Position numbers and translations under genes: made by a program. The notes under the pieces are model-generated. The model was not told the DNA's origin and did not search any database. It worked only from the letters and a program-made list of their open reading frames with translations. Shown here piece after piece: positions 1-12,750 of a stretch of 64,000 bases of DNA. Source of the stretch: Cyanophora paradoxa CCMP329 (taxonomy: Eukaryota > Plantae > Glaucophyta). The stretch lies in NCBI GenBank assembly GCA_004431415.1, contig QPMI01000530.1, positions 162,420-226,419 on the forward strand, given 5' to 3'. The stretch's first letter is position 1. Every line of letters begins with the position of its first letter.

Positions 1-235
1 TTGTGAAGTATCTTTATGGTGTCCCGTATTCTAACCGTGGTCGCAAATCGAAATATGTCTGTTAATCGTTTTTCTCAGCGCGATCTGCTCTGAGAAACCC
101 GTGGGAACCGCGCTGGAACCACAAATAAAATCATTCTGTTATTTTTAGAGTTCGATGATCGAGCCAACCCTTTGTTATTTTTATAAATGCCCTCGACTAA
201 ATTTATTTTGTCGGAGACTTTTGGTTTTGCCGGAA

Positions 236-243
236 AAAATTGA
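236..243 (+). promoter_or_regulatory. AAAATTGA giant-virus early-promoter-like motif upstream of PolB
   Basis: Exact AAAATTGA 64 nt before the ATG; variants AAAAAATGACTTAAGGA at 62233 and 62797 in the right element. Confidence 0.5.
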
Positions 244-306
244 CGCGAGTATAAAAGTATTTAAGGAAAACTTTTGTAGGTATATATTAATAGAGTGAAC
301 GAAGAA

Positions 307-2907
307 ATGCCTCGCCCTGGAAACAGAATTGCAAATAAGATAAGAGAAGAGATCATTGGTTACATTACCCAGGGTAGTGTCCATGGAATTCTGAGCGAGG
401 AGCAAGTGAATTACTTTTTGGAAAGGACGATCAACCGCAGGCTCCGCTTGCAATCATTGATTGATATTCGCGATACTCTCAATGGTATCATCAATCCTCG
501 TGTGGTCCGCAAGCAAGAGAAGAAGGAGAAGAGGGCTGAGAGAGCCGCTAAGAATGTTGAGAAGCAAAACAAGAAAGCAGAGCAAGCGAGGGAGCGGAAG
601 CGATTGACTCCTTTCCAGCAGATGATGGCTAACCTTCGTGAGTTTGTTGAAAACTCACCTGGAAACATGGTCACCCTGAATGTGAGACTCTTCCGTGAGT
701 TGCAAGAGGGCGAACAGGCTCCCGCAAATGCGAACAGAGTGACTGAGAATGGTGTGACCTACATCGAATCGAAGAGGCTTCGGAACAATCGCCCCTTTGG
801 TATCCAGTGTACCAAGGCAGCTTTTCTGAATGCTCTCGGTCTGGTTCAATCCACCTTCAATACGTTCCCATGTGTTGAGGGGACTGTCATTGCTGAATTT
901 ATTGCAGCAGTTATTGAGTTTAACTCGAACAATCAAGATTTCCGCTACCTAAAACTAATTGAGCAAGATACCTACCCTGATATTATGACAATTGAAAGAG
1001 TCATCACGACAGATAATGAAGAATACATCCCAAGAAATGAACAAGTCCTCAGAGACAATACAAACGCTCCCATGATTATTTCGAATTTCATTAAAAACGA
1101 AGGGAACCCCCAAGCCACTACATTCAGGGAAATGTTCTTGAAAGGCAACTCATTCAAGGTTGGCAAGTGTGTTTTCGATGTCCTCATCAAATGGTTTGGA
1201 GGAGCATTTGAGAAGGCTAAGACCAAAGGGAAATACAAGCGCATCGATTGGTCTTACAATGGACTTTTTAAGATGGTAAATGGGCGCGACCCTGTTGAAG
1301 GAGATGATTGGGGCATTTCTTTCAAGTCCATTTCGGAGAAGGTTCTTGACCCACTGCGCCTAGGCATGGTTACAATTGGAAAGGACGACAGGACCCCTGT
1401 CCCTGAACTGACTTTCCTGCCAAGACCAGGAACACACACTTGACCCCTTCTGTTGCATATGTGAAGATTGAGAATGGTCACATGTATTTGTTAAATCACA
1501 ATATTAAGGCTCTCACACAGTCCTTCAATGGCTCCAAGCCAAAAGATACCAATGTTCCACTCAGTTCTCGTTACAAGATTATAAAGCAAAGAAGGTTCAA
1601 GGAGTTTGCCACAAATCCCGATGACATTCTGAGAATTGTCAGGTCTGACAATCCAAAGAACCAATCGAGCATTCGAATCTGCTATGGTGGTTCACTGGAT
1701 GAACTACTCAGAGAGTTCATTGTGGTGCATAATTATCAGGTCCAACCTGGGTTCTCCCAAATCGGAAAGGCAACCCATATTCGTTTCACTATTGACGATA
1801 AGGATGTTGTCGTGACCCACCTGGTAACGATACAGATGTGGAAACAGCTTTCGAGATTAGCTTCAAGAATGCTGAGTACAGAGATAAATTCGAGAAACTA
1901 AATCTGGATATGTATAGGTCTCTAATCAACACTTCCAACAAGAGTACTTACAATGAGCAAACCATAAATGCATTCAAGAATGGAGTGCAGACTGCCCTTC
2001 GTGGTCTCTTTGATGTGGATGAGGAGACCTTTGATGAAATTCGCTATAACACAGATATTTACGAGTTCGATATGTGCAAAGCATACCTTACATTGTAGCC
2101 TTGATGATCAAATTCGTTCCTGTTCTCAGCAAGTTCGATGTCTTCAAGAGTGTGACAATCACAGATGCAGAGCAAATCGAGGAATACAGCTTCTATTACG
2201 TGAAACTGGACGACAAATACTTTTTCAAAGCCAAAGACAAGAACGGAAAGGAGTACGAAGCAAACACCTACAACAGATACAAGAGGATGATCATTGATTC
2301 CAAGTACAATGTTGTTCCTGGTTTGGTTCTCAAAAAGCATTTCGAGGATTTCAAGGATGACATCTCCATCAAAGCGGTTCTGCGACCTTACAAACTCATT
2401 CCCAACCTTGCAGGCAACACAGTTGCTCGAATCTTAGATAGCGACCTCGATCCTGTTGATAAGAAGCAGATCTTGGTGAGTGCAATTGGGCAAACTGGAA
2501 AGCAACGAAATAGCAGAGTGAAAACCACCATTTTCCACAACAGAGACGATGCGATCGAGTTCCAGAAACAGAACGGAGGGGAGGTTAAAATTTACCTCTT
2601 TGGTGAGACTCTTGCCACTTATGAGGAGACAGAGTTCGTTCTGTGTGAGGAAGAGATGACCGAACCCCATATCTACTATGTCAATCAGGTAGCAGAAAAG
2701 CAGCTCATTGATGGCTTCATGCCATTGTACACTACCCTCTTGTCAATTATGAGGATGTGTATGTATGAGAAGTGTGTCGAACTCGCTAAACAGCAAATCC
2801 GACCACTCGCTTTGAACACCGATTGTGTTTATGGGATCGCTTATGAACCCATTGCCCAGTGTCATTCGATCGCAATGCCTTTGAGAATATTGGAAACTTC
2901 AGTGTGA
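307..2907 (+). CDS. Family-B (probably protein-primed) DNA polymerase, split by frameshifts over ORFs 295-1443, 1440-1901, 1838-2098, 2074-2907
   Basis: Overlapping consecutive ORFs; motif A-like YEFDMCKAY, motif B-like KKQILVSAIG, motif C-like LALNTDCVY in the correct order; N-terminal part homologous to the open frame at 63731-64000. Confidence 0.65.
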
Positions 2908-4391
2908 AATGCTGCCCCAATTTTTCTAAAAAGTTTTCAGGTGAGAAGAAAGACCTCGAGGCAAAACGAATTCGTTACGGAAAGTTTGAGAGAGCGACTG
3001 ACTTTGTGAAAATCGAGAACTACAGTTATACCAAACACTCTGTGGTTGATGAGTATGACACAACCGCGATTTGTGATTTGCTGGCTACACAAAAACGATG
3101 GGTTCTTCTCGGAGTAGTTCCGGGAGTTGGAAAGACTTACATGACAGTTGATTATGGGAAGCGTTTCCAAAATCCCCTCTACATTGTTCCCACCAATAAG
3201 CGAGTGAAAGAAATGAAAGAGCAAGGATTGAAAAATGTAAAGACAATCTATGATGCCCTTCACCTTAAAATTGATGAGTCAAACATGGATGAAATTGTAG
3301 GAGGAAATGCCTCTGGTTTGGTAGAATTTGATTGCATTGTTATTGATGAGATCTGTCAGTTTAAGATTGGGGAACTGGCAGCCTTGGACCACATCATGAA
3401 TGAGCAGTTCCCAGATAAGGTATACATCGCCACAGGGGACCCGTACCAAAACCCACCCATCCAAGATATGAGTGTTGACCAAGATGAGTATTACCTCGAT
3501 ATTCTCCATCGCCTGTTCCCCAACGAATTGTTACTCCAAGTGAACAAGCGACATGAGACTGAGGAAGATCGCAGAAAGGTTGAGCAGATTCGAATCGATT
3601 TGTTCGAGAAAGGTTTGAGTGTAAGTGAGGTCCTTGCGAAGTATGGGTTCAAGGTTGTGGACGAATTGGAAAAGACTGATATTGGCATTGTTTACACAAA
3701 CCGCAAGGGTGCAGAGGTGAACCTAGCCCTTCACAAAATGAACTACGGGGATAATGTTTCCATTTATGCTGGCGGCATCAAAGTTGTTGCAAAGACTCGG
3801 ATTGCAAAGGGCGGAAAAATAGTTCATAATGGATTTGTCTACAAGATTGTCAAGCTCTCAAAGGACAGTTTCATTATTGCTGACATTGCCAACAAGAAAG
3901 ATGAGATCGTTCTCAGCAGGGATGCAGTCAAACATTTCGCCCTGGCTTATGCAAACACATGCCATGTTGTTCAAGGTGATACTATTCGCTGCAAAGGGAA
4001 CAGGGTAGTTGTGTTCGAAACTGGGGCGCCATTTGTGTCAAAGAAGTGGCTCTATGTTGCTCTCACACGAACCACAAGGCTGGATGATGTCGTTATTTAC
4101 CATGATAATTTCGAAATGGCTCACTGGAAGGTGTGGAAGAGAGAGAATAACGAGAAAATATCGACTTACAAGGATCAGGACCGAGCAGCAAACAGACAAT
4201 TCGATGAGCATGATTACATCACATGGGATTGGATCAAGCAGCGATATGGGAAGCAGTATGGGCATTGCCTGCGATGCTACAATGCCATGGACTTTGAAGA
4301 TATTTCGGTAGATCGAATTAATAATGCTGTGGCTCACGTTACCAAAAATTGTTTCCTCTCTCATATTAAGTGTAACTGCGCCGCCCAATAA
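2859..4391 (+). CDS. Superfamily-1 (RecD/Pif1-like) helicase with C-terminal HNH-like Zn domain; probably fused to the upstream PolB
   Basis: Walker A GVVPGVGKT, Ia IVPTN, Walker B IVIDE, III GDPYQNPP, V LAYANTCHVVQGDT, VI WLYVALTR; C-terminus CLRC...SVDRINNAVAHVTKNC...CN. Confidence 0.85.
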   Translation: MSFDRNAFENIGNFSVKCCPNFSKKFSGEKKDLEAKRIRYGKFERATDFVKIENYSYTKHSVVDEYDTTAICDLLATQKRWVLLGVVPGVGKTYMTVDYGKRFQNPLYIVPTNKRVKEMKEQGLKNVKTIYDALHLKIDESNMDEIVGGNASGLVEFDCIVIDEICQFKIGELAALDHIMNEQFPDKVYIATGDPYQNPPIQDMSVDQDEYYLDILHRLFPNELLLQVNKRHETEEDRRKVEQIRIDLFEKGLSVSEVLAKYGFKVVDELEKTDIGIVYTNRKGAEVNLALHKMNYGDNVSIYAGGIKVVAKTRIAKGGKIVHNGFVYKIVKLSKDSFIIADIANKKDEIVLSRDAVKHFALAYANTCHVVQGDTIRCKGNRVVVFETGAPFVSKKWLYVALTRTTRLDDVVIYHDNFEMAHWKVWKRENNEKISTYKDQDRAANRQFDEHDYITWDWIKQRYGKQYGHCLRCYNAMDFEDISVDRINNAVAHVTKNCFLSHIKCNCAAQ

Positions 4392-5451
4392 TGGATAGTG
4401 TATTATCATTCAAAAAGTATAGGCAGAAACTGATTAATGAAAAAGTGAGTTTTGATGAAAAAGAGTTGAAAAAGAAATTCAAAAACTCAGAACTCCAGCA
4501 AATCTACAAGAAACCAAGGAAACCCAAATCGTTTCTTCGCATAGTGGCAAAGCCTAGATCGTTTCAAATCGATATAACATATTTCAGAGGGTTTCAGACT
4601 GCCAACAATGGCATTTTCAAAATGCTTAGTTTCGTAGACATACTTAGTCGCAAAGGATTTGTTTATCCTTTTAAAAACAGCAGTGAGATCCCGAGCATTT
4701 TAAATAGGTTCAAGCAAGAAGCAGGCAAAGTTAATGCTCTCTCTGGGGATAATGAGTTCTCCCAAGCAGTATACCGAAATTGGTGCAGTGAACATGGTGT
4801 GATGCTTTACACAGATGTGGCAAAGGATGACCACATCACAGTAGGAGATAAACTGGGATTATTGATAGGTTCACTAGGACTTTCAAACAGTATCTCAGAA
4901 AAACGATGACAGCAAAGGGAACCACGAAATGGATCGATCTACTTAGTGATGTTATTGACTTGTATAATAGCAGTCCCCATTCGGCATTGAAAAATGACTC
5001 ACCGAATGCAGTGTATACAAATGAAGATAAACAGTTATTTATTTACATGAGAGATACTGTTCACAACAATCGTGTAAAGGAGGCTGATACTAATCAAGTG
5101 AAACCAGGAGACACAGTTCGAGTTTTGCAACCAAAGGGGTTATTTGAAAAAGAAGGTGCGCAATTCAGTCAGAAGGTCTACACTGTTGCAAAGGCTGATA
5201 GGAATCGTTTCAAAGTGCTTGAAGATAATGATGGTGAGGAAACGAAAGAAGTGAAGAGGAGATTTAAGAAGCAAGAATTGCAAAAGGTGAATAAAGATGA
5301 TATCATAAAGATCCCATCGCAAAAAAGAATTCAGCAGGTTAATAAGACGAATAAAGTGAATCGATTGGTAGCAAAGGAAGGCATAAAACCCAATCGAAGT
5401 AATGTTGTAAGGAGAAGATACAATCTGAGAAGTGGTTTAACGAAACGCTAA
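4391..5451 (+). CDS. Retroviral-type (rve) integrase, one frameshift near 4860
   Basis: FQIDITYF (D1), FVDILSRKGFVYP, LSGDNEFS (D2), then in the shifted frame IDRFTRTFK (third acidic residue D), WIDLLSDVIDLYNSSPHSAL, and SH3-like KPGDTVRV. Confidence 0.85.
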
Positions 5452-5457
5452 ATCATG

Positions 5458-5844
5458 GGAGACACGGCGGATAAAAAGGAAATAACTTCGATTAAATATA
5501 ATTAATCGAGATTATGATATAACTTCGATAAATAAGATTTAAGATATAACTTCGATTAATTCGATTTTTGTTACTGAGGCTTACTGAGATTTAGTGAGAT
5601 TTGGAATTGGGTTACTGTGAATGGTTTGTTTTTCTTGGGAATTGTTTTGGAGACATGGCGCATAAAAAAGATATAACTTCGATAAGATATAATTAATCGA
5701 GATTATGATATAACTTCGATTAATTCAATTTTTGTTACTGAGGCTTACTGAGATTTACTGATATTCAAGATTGGGTTACTGGGAATGGTTTGTTTTCTGA
5801 TTTGTTTTTGATTTTTTCGCGGGTATTTTTTTGGAGACACGGCG
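5458..5844. repeat. ~190-bp direct repeat (2 copies plus start of a third) containing five ATAACTTCGATWA motifs and two loxP-like 34-bp sites
   Basis: GGAGACAYGGCG at 5458, 5649, 5833; ATAACTTCGATWA at 5482, 5519, 5546, 5673, 5710. Confidence 0.85.
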
Positions 5845-5890
5845 CAGTGCTGAGCTCAGGGCAAACAGAACACGGGTTTAAGAATTTATA

Positions 5891-8800
5891 ATGAGGGCAG
5901 CACCACAAAAACAGAGGTTCCCCAAGTATTACAAGTGGGCCATTTCCAGAACACGAATCAAGTCTGTTCAACTAATGATGTATACCCCAAGGATATTACA
6001 TATGACTTTGCGAGGAATGAACCGTTTGGGTTTTTTACTCCAAATGATGTCCACCAGAAAAAGCCATCAATTACCATCAACAGCAGCCCCACTCAACCAG
6101 TAGCAATCCATTTACACCCTGATCTTGTCGAAATGGATAGGCACCTTTTACCTTTGGTCACAAACACCAAAGACCTTGGAATCAGGACGAGGCAGTGGCG
6201 AAATATCCATGGAAGCAATGTGTATGCCAATGGTGAAAAGCTTGTCAGTGAGAAAACTATAAGGGAAATCTTTGAGCATTACGGTCCTGTTCCTGTCCCC
6301 TTTCCGCTTCCGTGGGATCCACCTGACCTGACACCAAAGAAGCAACCTGGGAGGGAATACACAGCAGAGGAAAATGTAGCCTTTGGGCAGCACATAGTTA
6401 GCTGGGAAAAAGTCAGAAACAAACCAGTATTTACAGATTACAAACAACCAGCTGAGGAGCTTTTATCACCAGATGTAAATGTTATACCTCTTGAAGATAG
6501 GCGATTTGAAGAGGATAATGTCTTACCAGATGGTTTCGACCCAAATCTTGTAACTTATGATCGCTACGAGCCTTACGACGAGCAGCTGTTACCTGATGGA
6601 TTCGCTCCCGATCTATTTGATTTTATCATTAATTGGGAAGACATCCGAAATAAACCTGAAACATATCCTCCTGATCCCCATACTCACGATTGGGATGAAA
6701 TAGATAATAAACCGGATAGATTTCCACCAGAAGACCATAGACATGATTGGGACGAAATCGATAATAAACCAGAAAGATTTCCACCAGAAGACCATAGACA
6801 TGATTGGGATGACATTGACGGAATACCAGAACAGTTCCCACCAGAAGACCATAGGCATAATTGGGACGAAATAGATGAACAACCCACATTCGCATCAGCA
6901 GGCAATATGTTGACAGACTTTCCACTTGGTGTAAGTCTTTATAGAAATATTAACATAGAAGAAAGATTACAATTAAATGACCACTACCTTAATCGCATGG
7001 GAATAGAAGCAGGCACAGGAATGGAAGCCGAATTATACATTAGACCACCCAGAAGAGATGGTATTTTACCAATTAGTGGTAATTTTGGTCTGTATGAGAC
7101 GAAACCCGGAATTTATTTAACAAGCTTCTACCCTGAGGATATCCCGATGACGAATATATTACCTCCGATACCGTCACTTCCATTAGATCCAAATAGTTAT
7201 GATAACAAAGACGCAGCAATACAAATTAATGTTACAGATGTAAGCGATTTTGACCAATCGAGACCGAAATTAGTATTTAGTCGGCAGCGTCTTTTACCAA
7301 ATACTTTTATAGGAGATCGTGATGATTATAGACGATGTGAGATAGCATGGATAAAAACGAAATATAACGGTGGGGTCGGTGAAGGTTTATTAGAAATCAA
7401 TCAAAGAGCAAGCGCCAAAAATATACACAATGAAGATATTTCGAGAGTGGTAACAGAAGATTACCTAACGGCTGTTATTCTCGTTAATTTCGTAACTCTT
7501 GCGATGCTTGGAAATTATGTAACAAAACCTGAGCTTGCCGCGGAATTATCAAAATATCTTCCGCTTGTTGGTGGGACAATCACAGGAGACCTTACGGTAA
7601 ATAGTAATATTTACAGTAGCAATATAGAGACGAGTAATTTAAAAGTGAATGGAATTCTAACAATTGGCTCAGCTAATGTAAACACATTGCAAGAATTTAA
7701 CAAAGATTACTACCGCATCACAGCAAGCAATGACCCCGCTTCTAATATTCCAAATTGTCTTTTTGCATGGAAAGCATCAGGTGTTCACGGTGAATCCGCG
7801 TTCAATTCTAATCTTTTCAATAGAGTCCCAAATGCTTTGATTCCATCAATAAAAGTGGCTTTTGGAAACAGTTCTTATTTTACATCAAATACAGAAATCA
7901 ATAACCAATTCACTATAACAACTCCTTCCGTAGACAGTATGGCTGCATTTTCCTATCCGCATGCAACAATAGATTGGTCATCAGGATTAACATACTTTGC
8001 GATAGGTAAATACAACCAGTCACCCAGTGTTGTTGATCATCTACGAATAATGAGGACAGAATCACCAAACAGAACTGTTCAATATGGTATCAAGTCAAAT
8101 ACAATACTTGGAATGACAAGTTTTGTAATATCGGGAGCGCTACAAGCGACCCTTCTATCACTGTTCCTTCTATGCTAAATAAATGGTATTACACAGACCA
8201 AACAATCACCTCCGATTCTTATACAGTAGGTTTGAATGGTGTAGATATCCAAACTGTCACAGGGACTAATTATTTGCCTAATTCCAGAGTAAACTTTTTT
8301 GGACTTGGACTGACTGTTGGAGGTAGTATTGCCGAAATTATAGTATTCAACAGAGCATTGACAAATGATGAAAAACGTGATGTGAGGTATTATATTCAAC
8401 AAATGTATGGGTTTCCAATTACTCAACCTCTGACATTTTACAGGGGGTTAAAGATCACATCACCTGAGACAGTGATTGATAATCTTACTGTTACAAGTAA
8501 TGCTAATCTTCCTCATCATCCAACATCAAATGTGGTTCAAGGTTGGATACAAAACCACACACACACGAAAGCGCAAATTACAGATTTTCCCCATACTCAC
8601 ACCAAAGATCAGATCACAGACTTTGCGCACACTCACACCAAAGATCAGATCACAGATTTTGCCCATACTCATACAAAAGATCAGATCACAGATTTTGCCC
8701 ATACTCATTTATGGGAGCATATCACAAATCCTCCATTAACCTTCCCACCTGATTCACATACTCATGATTATTCCGAAATCACAAACTCTAACCACAGGCA

Positions 8801-11800
8801 CCCATGGAGTCAAATAGATGAAAAACCACGTTTTGCATCGGCAGGTAATTTAGTAAATGGTGATGGATTTTATGGGGTTAGTTTCTTTCAGAGTGATACT
8901 ATCGCTGAAAGATTACAATTAAGTGAATATTACCTGAATCGCAAAGGAATAGATGCGGGAACAACTATGGAAGGCGAATTATACATTAAACAACCTTCAA
9001 GAATACAAATGATTTCAGCAGGTGGGGTGGGAGTTATAGATACCAAACCAGGTCTGTTTTTGACAAGTTATTATAATGAAGATATCCCATTAACAGCAGG
9101 TTTACCTCCACTTCCATTAGATCCAGTGAGTTATGATGATAAAGACGCCATTTTACAAGTGAATGTAACAGATGTAAGCGCAACCGATGGATCAAGACCG
9201 AAAATCATATTTAGTCGCTCCAAATTCAATTATGCACCACTTGTGGGACAACCAAAAGATGATTTCGGGAAATGTGAGATGGCGTGGATCAAAACATTAG
9301 CAGGTGGCGCCTTAGAAGTCAATCAGAGAATGGCGGCGAAAAACTTACACAATGAAACCCTTTCAGGTATTGTTACAGATGATTACCTTGAAAGCAAAAA
9401 TTATGTAGATGATACAGAACTTGCAGCAATTCGTGAAGATTATGTGACAAAACCAGAACTTCAAGAATATGTGACTGAACCTGAACTTAATGTAGCATTA
9501 TCTAATTATCTACCACTCAAAGGTGGAACCATCACGAGCAACTTGGTTGTGACAAGCAACCTTACAGTTGGAGGAAAAATACAAATGGGAACCGGAAGCT
9601 ATTTAGAATCTTATCGTGAAAATAAATATCGAATCACTTCCAATTTTGATCCAGCTTCTAATATTTCAAATTGTCTTTTTGCATGGAAAGCCTCAGGTGT
9701 TCACGGTGAATCCGCGTTCAATTCTAATCTTTTCAATAGAGTCCCAAATGCTTTGATTCCATCAATAAAAGTGGCTTTTGGAAACAGTTCTTATTTTACA
9801 TCAAATACAGAAATCAATAACCAATTCACTATAACAACTCCTTCCGTAGACAGTATGGCTGCATTTTCCTATCCGCATGTAACAATAGATTGGTCATTAG
9901 GATTCACATACTTTGCGATAGGTAAATACAACCAGTCACCAAGTGTTGTTGATCATCTACGGATAATGAGGACAGAATCACCAAACAGAACTGTTTATTA
10001 TGGTATCAAGTCAAATACAACACTTGGAATGACAAGTTTTGTAATATCGGGAGCGCTACAAGCGACCCCTTCTATCACTGTTCCTTCTATGCTAAATAAA
10101 TGGTATTACATAGACCAGACAATCACCTCCGATTCTTATACAGTAGGTTTGAATGGTGTAGATATCCAAACTGTTACAGGGACTAATTATTTGCCTAATT
10201 CCAGAGTAAACTTTTTTGGACTTGGACTGACTGTTGGAGGTAGCATTGCTGAAATTATTTTATTCAACAGAGCATTGACAAATGATGAAAAACGTGATGT
10301 GAGGTATTATATTCAACAAATGTATGGTTTTCCAATTACTCAACCAATCTTAACTCGGGAAACTCTTAATATTGTAGGAAAAGACAGATTAACACTTAGC
10401 AATTTGGAGATACCCACACACAATCACACAAAAGATCAGATCACAGATTTTGCCCACACACATTCCCGATTAGAGATACCCGATTTTGCACACGTTCACA
10501 CAAAAGCTGAGATTTCAGATTTTGACCACACACACACATGGAATAGTATCACAGATAAGCCTTTAACATTTACACCTTCACCACATCCACATTTATGGAG
10601 TCATATTACGGATAGACCCACCTTATCAGCAGTTGCAACAAGCGGAAATTACGATGATCTGATAAATAAACCAACATACACTTCACCGACAAATTTTGAT
10701 GCTACAAGTGGTATTTCCACAGACCGCACAGGAGATTGGAGAAATTATAGTGGGCAACCATTAACAAATACAGACACTTCGACATTCACATGGCCCGATA
10801 ACAATTTGGATTGTAGTAGCTGTAAGATGTATTGGAATGTTCCAACAGGAATGAAATCATGTTATATCTATTATACGTGTCAGTATGACAGTAGATACTT
10901 TGATGTTGTTGGAATTAAACCATCAACCGATACTTATACTCGTTTACGAGTAAATGCCTATGCTCCTGGATATAATTTTGCAGAAGATTTTAAACAGTTT
11001 GCTGCAATAAATTGTGAAGGACTTGTTAAAGTTGGTGTTCAAGGAAGGATAGGAAGAATTTATCTTCCAGGTCCGATTACTGTTGGATGGAGCAAAAACC
11101 CCGCTATATCGTCACACAGTGGTTACTTCCATTGGGATAATATATACGGAAAGCCAACAGCTTCTACGACTGTCGGTCCTCACTCTCACACAAAATCAGA
11201 TATCACAGATTTTGCACATTCACACACAAAGGCAAATATCACAGATTTCGCACACACTCACACTAAATCAGAAATCACGGATTTCCCAATCTTAGACCCA
11301 TTTGTAGCCAATACGATCACAGGTAACACAATTACAGCCAACAATACCATGTATGTGGGATCCGGTCAAATTTACCAACCAGACTCTCCTTTATTCTACG
11401 AACAGTGGTTCTTCCACAATTCCGCAAATATTTACGATAAAACGTTATTATGTCGGGGAAATGCTTACGCAAGGGCATACTATGCGATGGATGAAACAGA
11501 TAATACAAAGATCGCAAAACTTGTTTCAGAACAACGGGTCAATAAAGACCAGTATATACAAACAGGGAGTTTCTCAAAATCTTTAACAATCACAGGTCCA
11601 GGTCATTGGGGATTTCCACAGGTTGTCACATTCCCAAAAGCATTTGCGGCAGCCCCAGAAGTGGTTCTCAATCTTAAACAAGGGTATAATGGTGGTTCAT
11701 ATGTATTGGTATATGGTGTCACAAGTTCCACAACAACAACATTTACTATTCATGCAACAATTTCGGCAAATAGAGAATACAATGAAAGCATTGGACTTTT

Positions 11801-11846
11801 CCACTATCAAATGACTTATATTGCAACAGGGAAGATGGTAGCATAG
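5891..11846 (+). CDS. Giant modular fibre/adhesin protein (~1980 aa; frameshifts near 5935 and 8150)
   Basis: Phage tail-fibre-type repeats HTHTKDQITDFA and HRHDWDEIDNKP; YLPLxGGTITG motifs; two LamG/ConA-like blocks ending IAEIIxFNRALTNDEKRDVRYYIQQMYG; C-terminal gp53/H-lectin-like VTFPKAFAAAPEVVL. Confidence 0.75.
7738..10345 (+). repeat. Near-identical ~690-bp direct repeat inside the fibre gene (7738-8428 and 9654-10345)
   Basis: About 18 substitutions and one 1-nt indel counted by eye. Confidence 0.95.
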
Positions 11847-11886
11847 ATATTCGTTTATTTTTCTATCCTTCTTAGTAAAAGAAGCA

Positions 11887-12731
11887 ATGGGTGAATACAA
11901 TCGAGTCCAATTACCAGTTTACGCATTGGGGGCGCCCGCGGTTCACTTTCGACAACACGAAGTGTCTGATGAAATTCGTGGACTTGAATCCACAGAACGA
12001 GCCAATTCTGGTAATGCTTTTGATAAAAACAGCATGATTCGTGTAAAAGAACTACGCGCGGATAAAAATTCGGGTGTGGTAAAAACAACTCAGCTCCTTG
12101 TAACGAATGCGAACTTCAATGCTGTTATAGGGCAGCCGGATTCCTATAGTGTGGACCTTAGAGGGTTTGATTTTGATGGTGAACGCGCTGCTGCTGTTGT
12201 GAGATCAGGAGGAGCAATTATTGGTGGCGGTTGTCGAGTATCAGGAATGCTTAGTTCATCTGTTTCAGTCAATGACATTCCTGACACTTTACCAGAAAAT
12301 GAGGATAATCCACAACGAATTCGAATGTATAATCCATGTGGTGCTGAAGCTTGGGCAATGGCGCAGGTTCGTGTTGAGCTAACAAATGTCACAGCAACTC
12401 AGCCAAATGGAATAGCTGGTGATTGGTATTATCCAAATATTCCAATCCCAGATCCCTTCACGCAATGTGTAGATCACAAAATGGTCTGTTAGGTCCAGCC
12501 TATACTTTCTATGTTCAGAGTATGGGTCGTGGGAGGGGTTGGGTTCTATTCCAAAATCTTGCTCAACCGGAATCTTTTGATTTTTACGCAACAGAAACTG
12601 GAAACTACGATGTTCTTATAATTGGATTGAGAACAGACCAAGCAGCATGGGCATCTTCGCGTGGTCTAAATCCAGATAATAACTTAAACAACTTCTACGA
12701 CGATCCATTCCCGAATGATCCCACACCATAA
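11887..12731 (+). CDS. Fibre-associated hypothetical protein, paralog 1 (frameshift ~12480)
   Basis: ORFs 11887-12492 and 12423-12731 overlap; shares GLESTE..ELRxDKNxGVVKTTxLLVTNANFNA..RSGGAxIG with the next gene. Confidence 0.6.
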
Positions 12732-12750
12732 ATATGTTTTGATACATTAA

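Noticed and set aside
1430-4910. Programmed ribosomal frameshifting joining the viral ORFs
   Set aside because: Too many shifts and no consistent slippery sites; duplicated regions elsewhere show simple homopolymer losses.
5458-5844. CRISPR array or engineered loxP vector contamination
   Set aside because: No unique regular spacers or cas genes; arms and spacers differ from true loxP and no vector parts are adjacent.
7738-10345. Diversity-generating retroelement template/variable repeat pair
   Set aside because: Differences are not adenine-specific, many are synonymous, both copies are coding, and no reverse transcriptase is seen.
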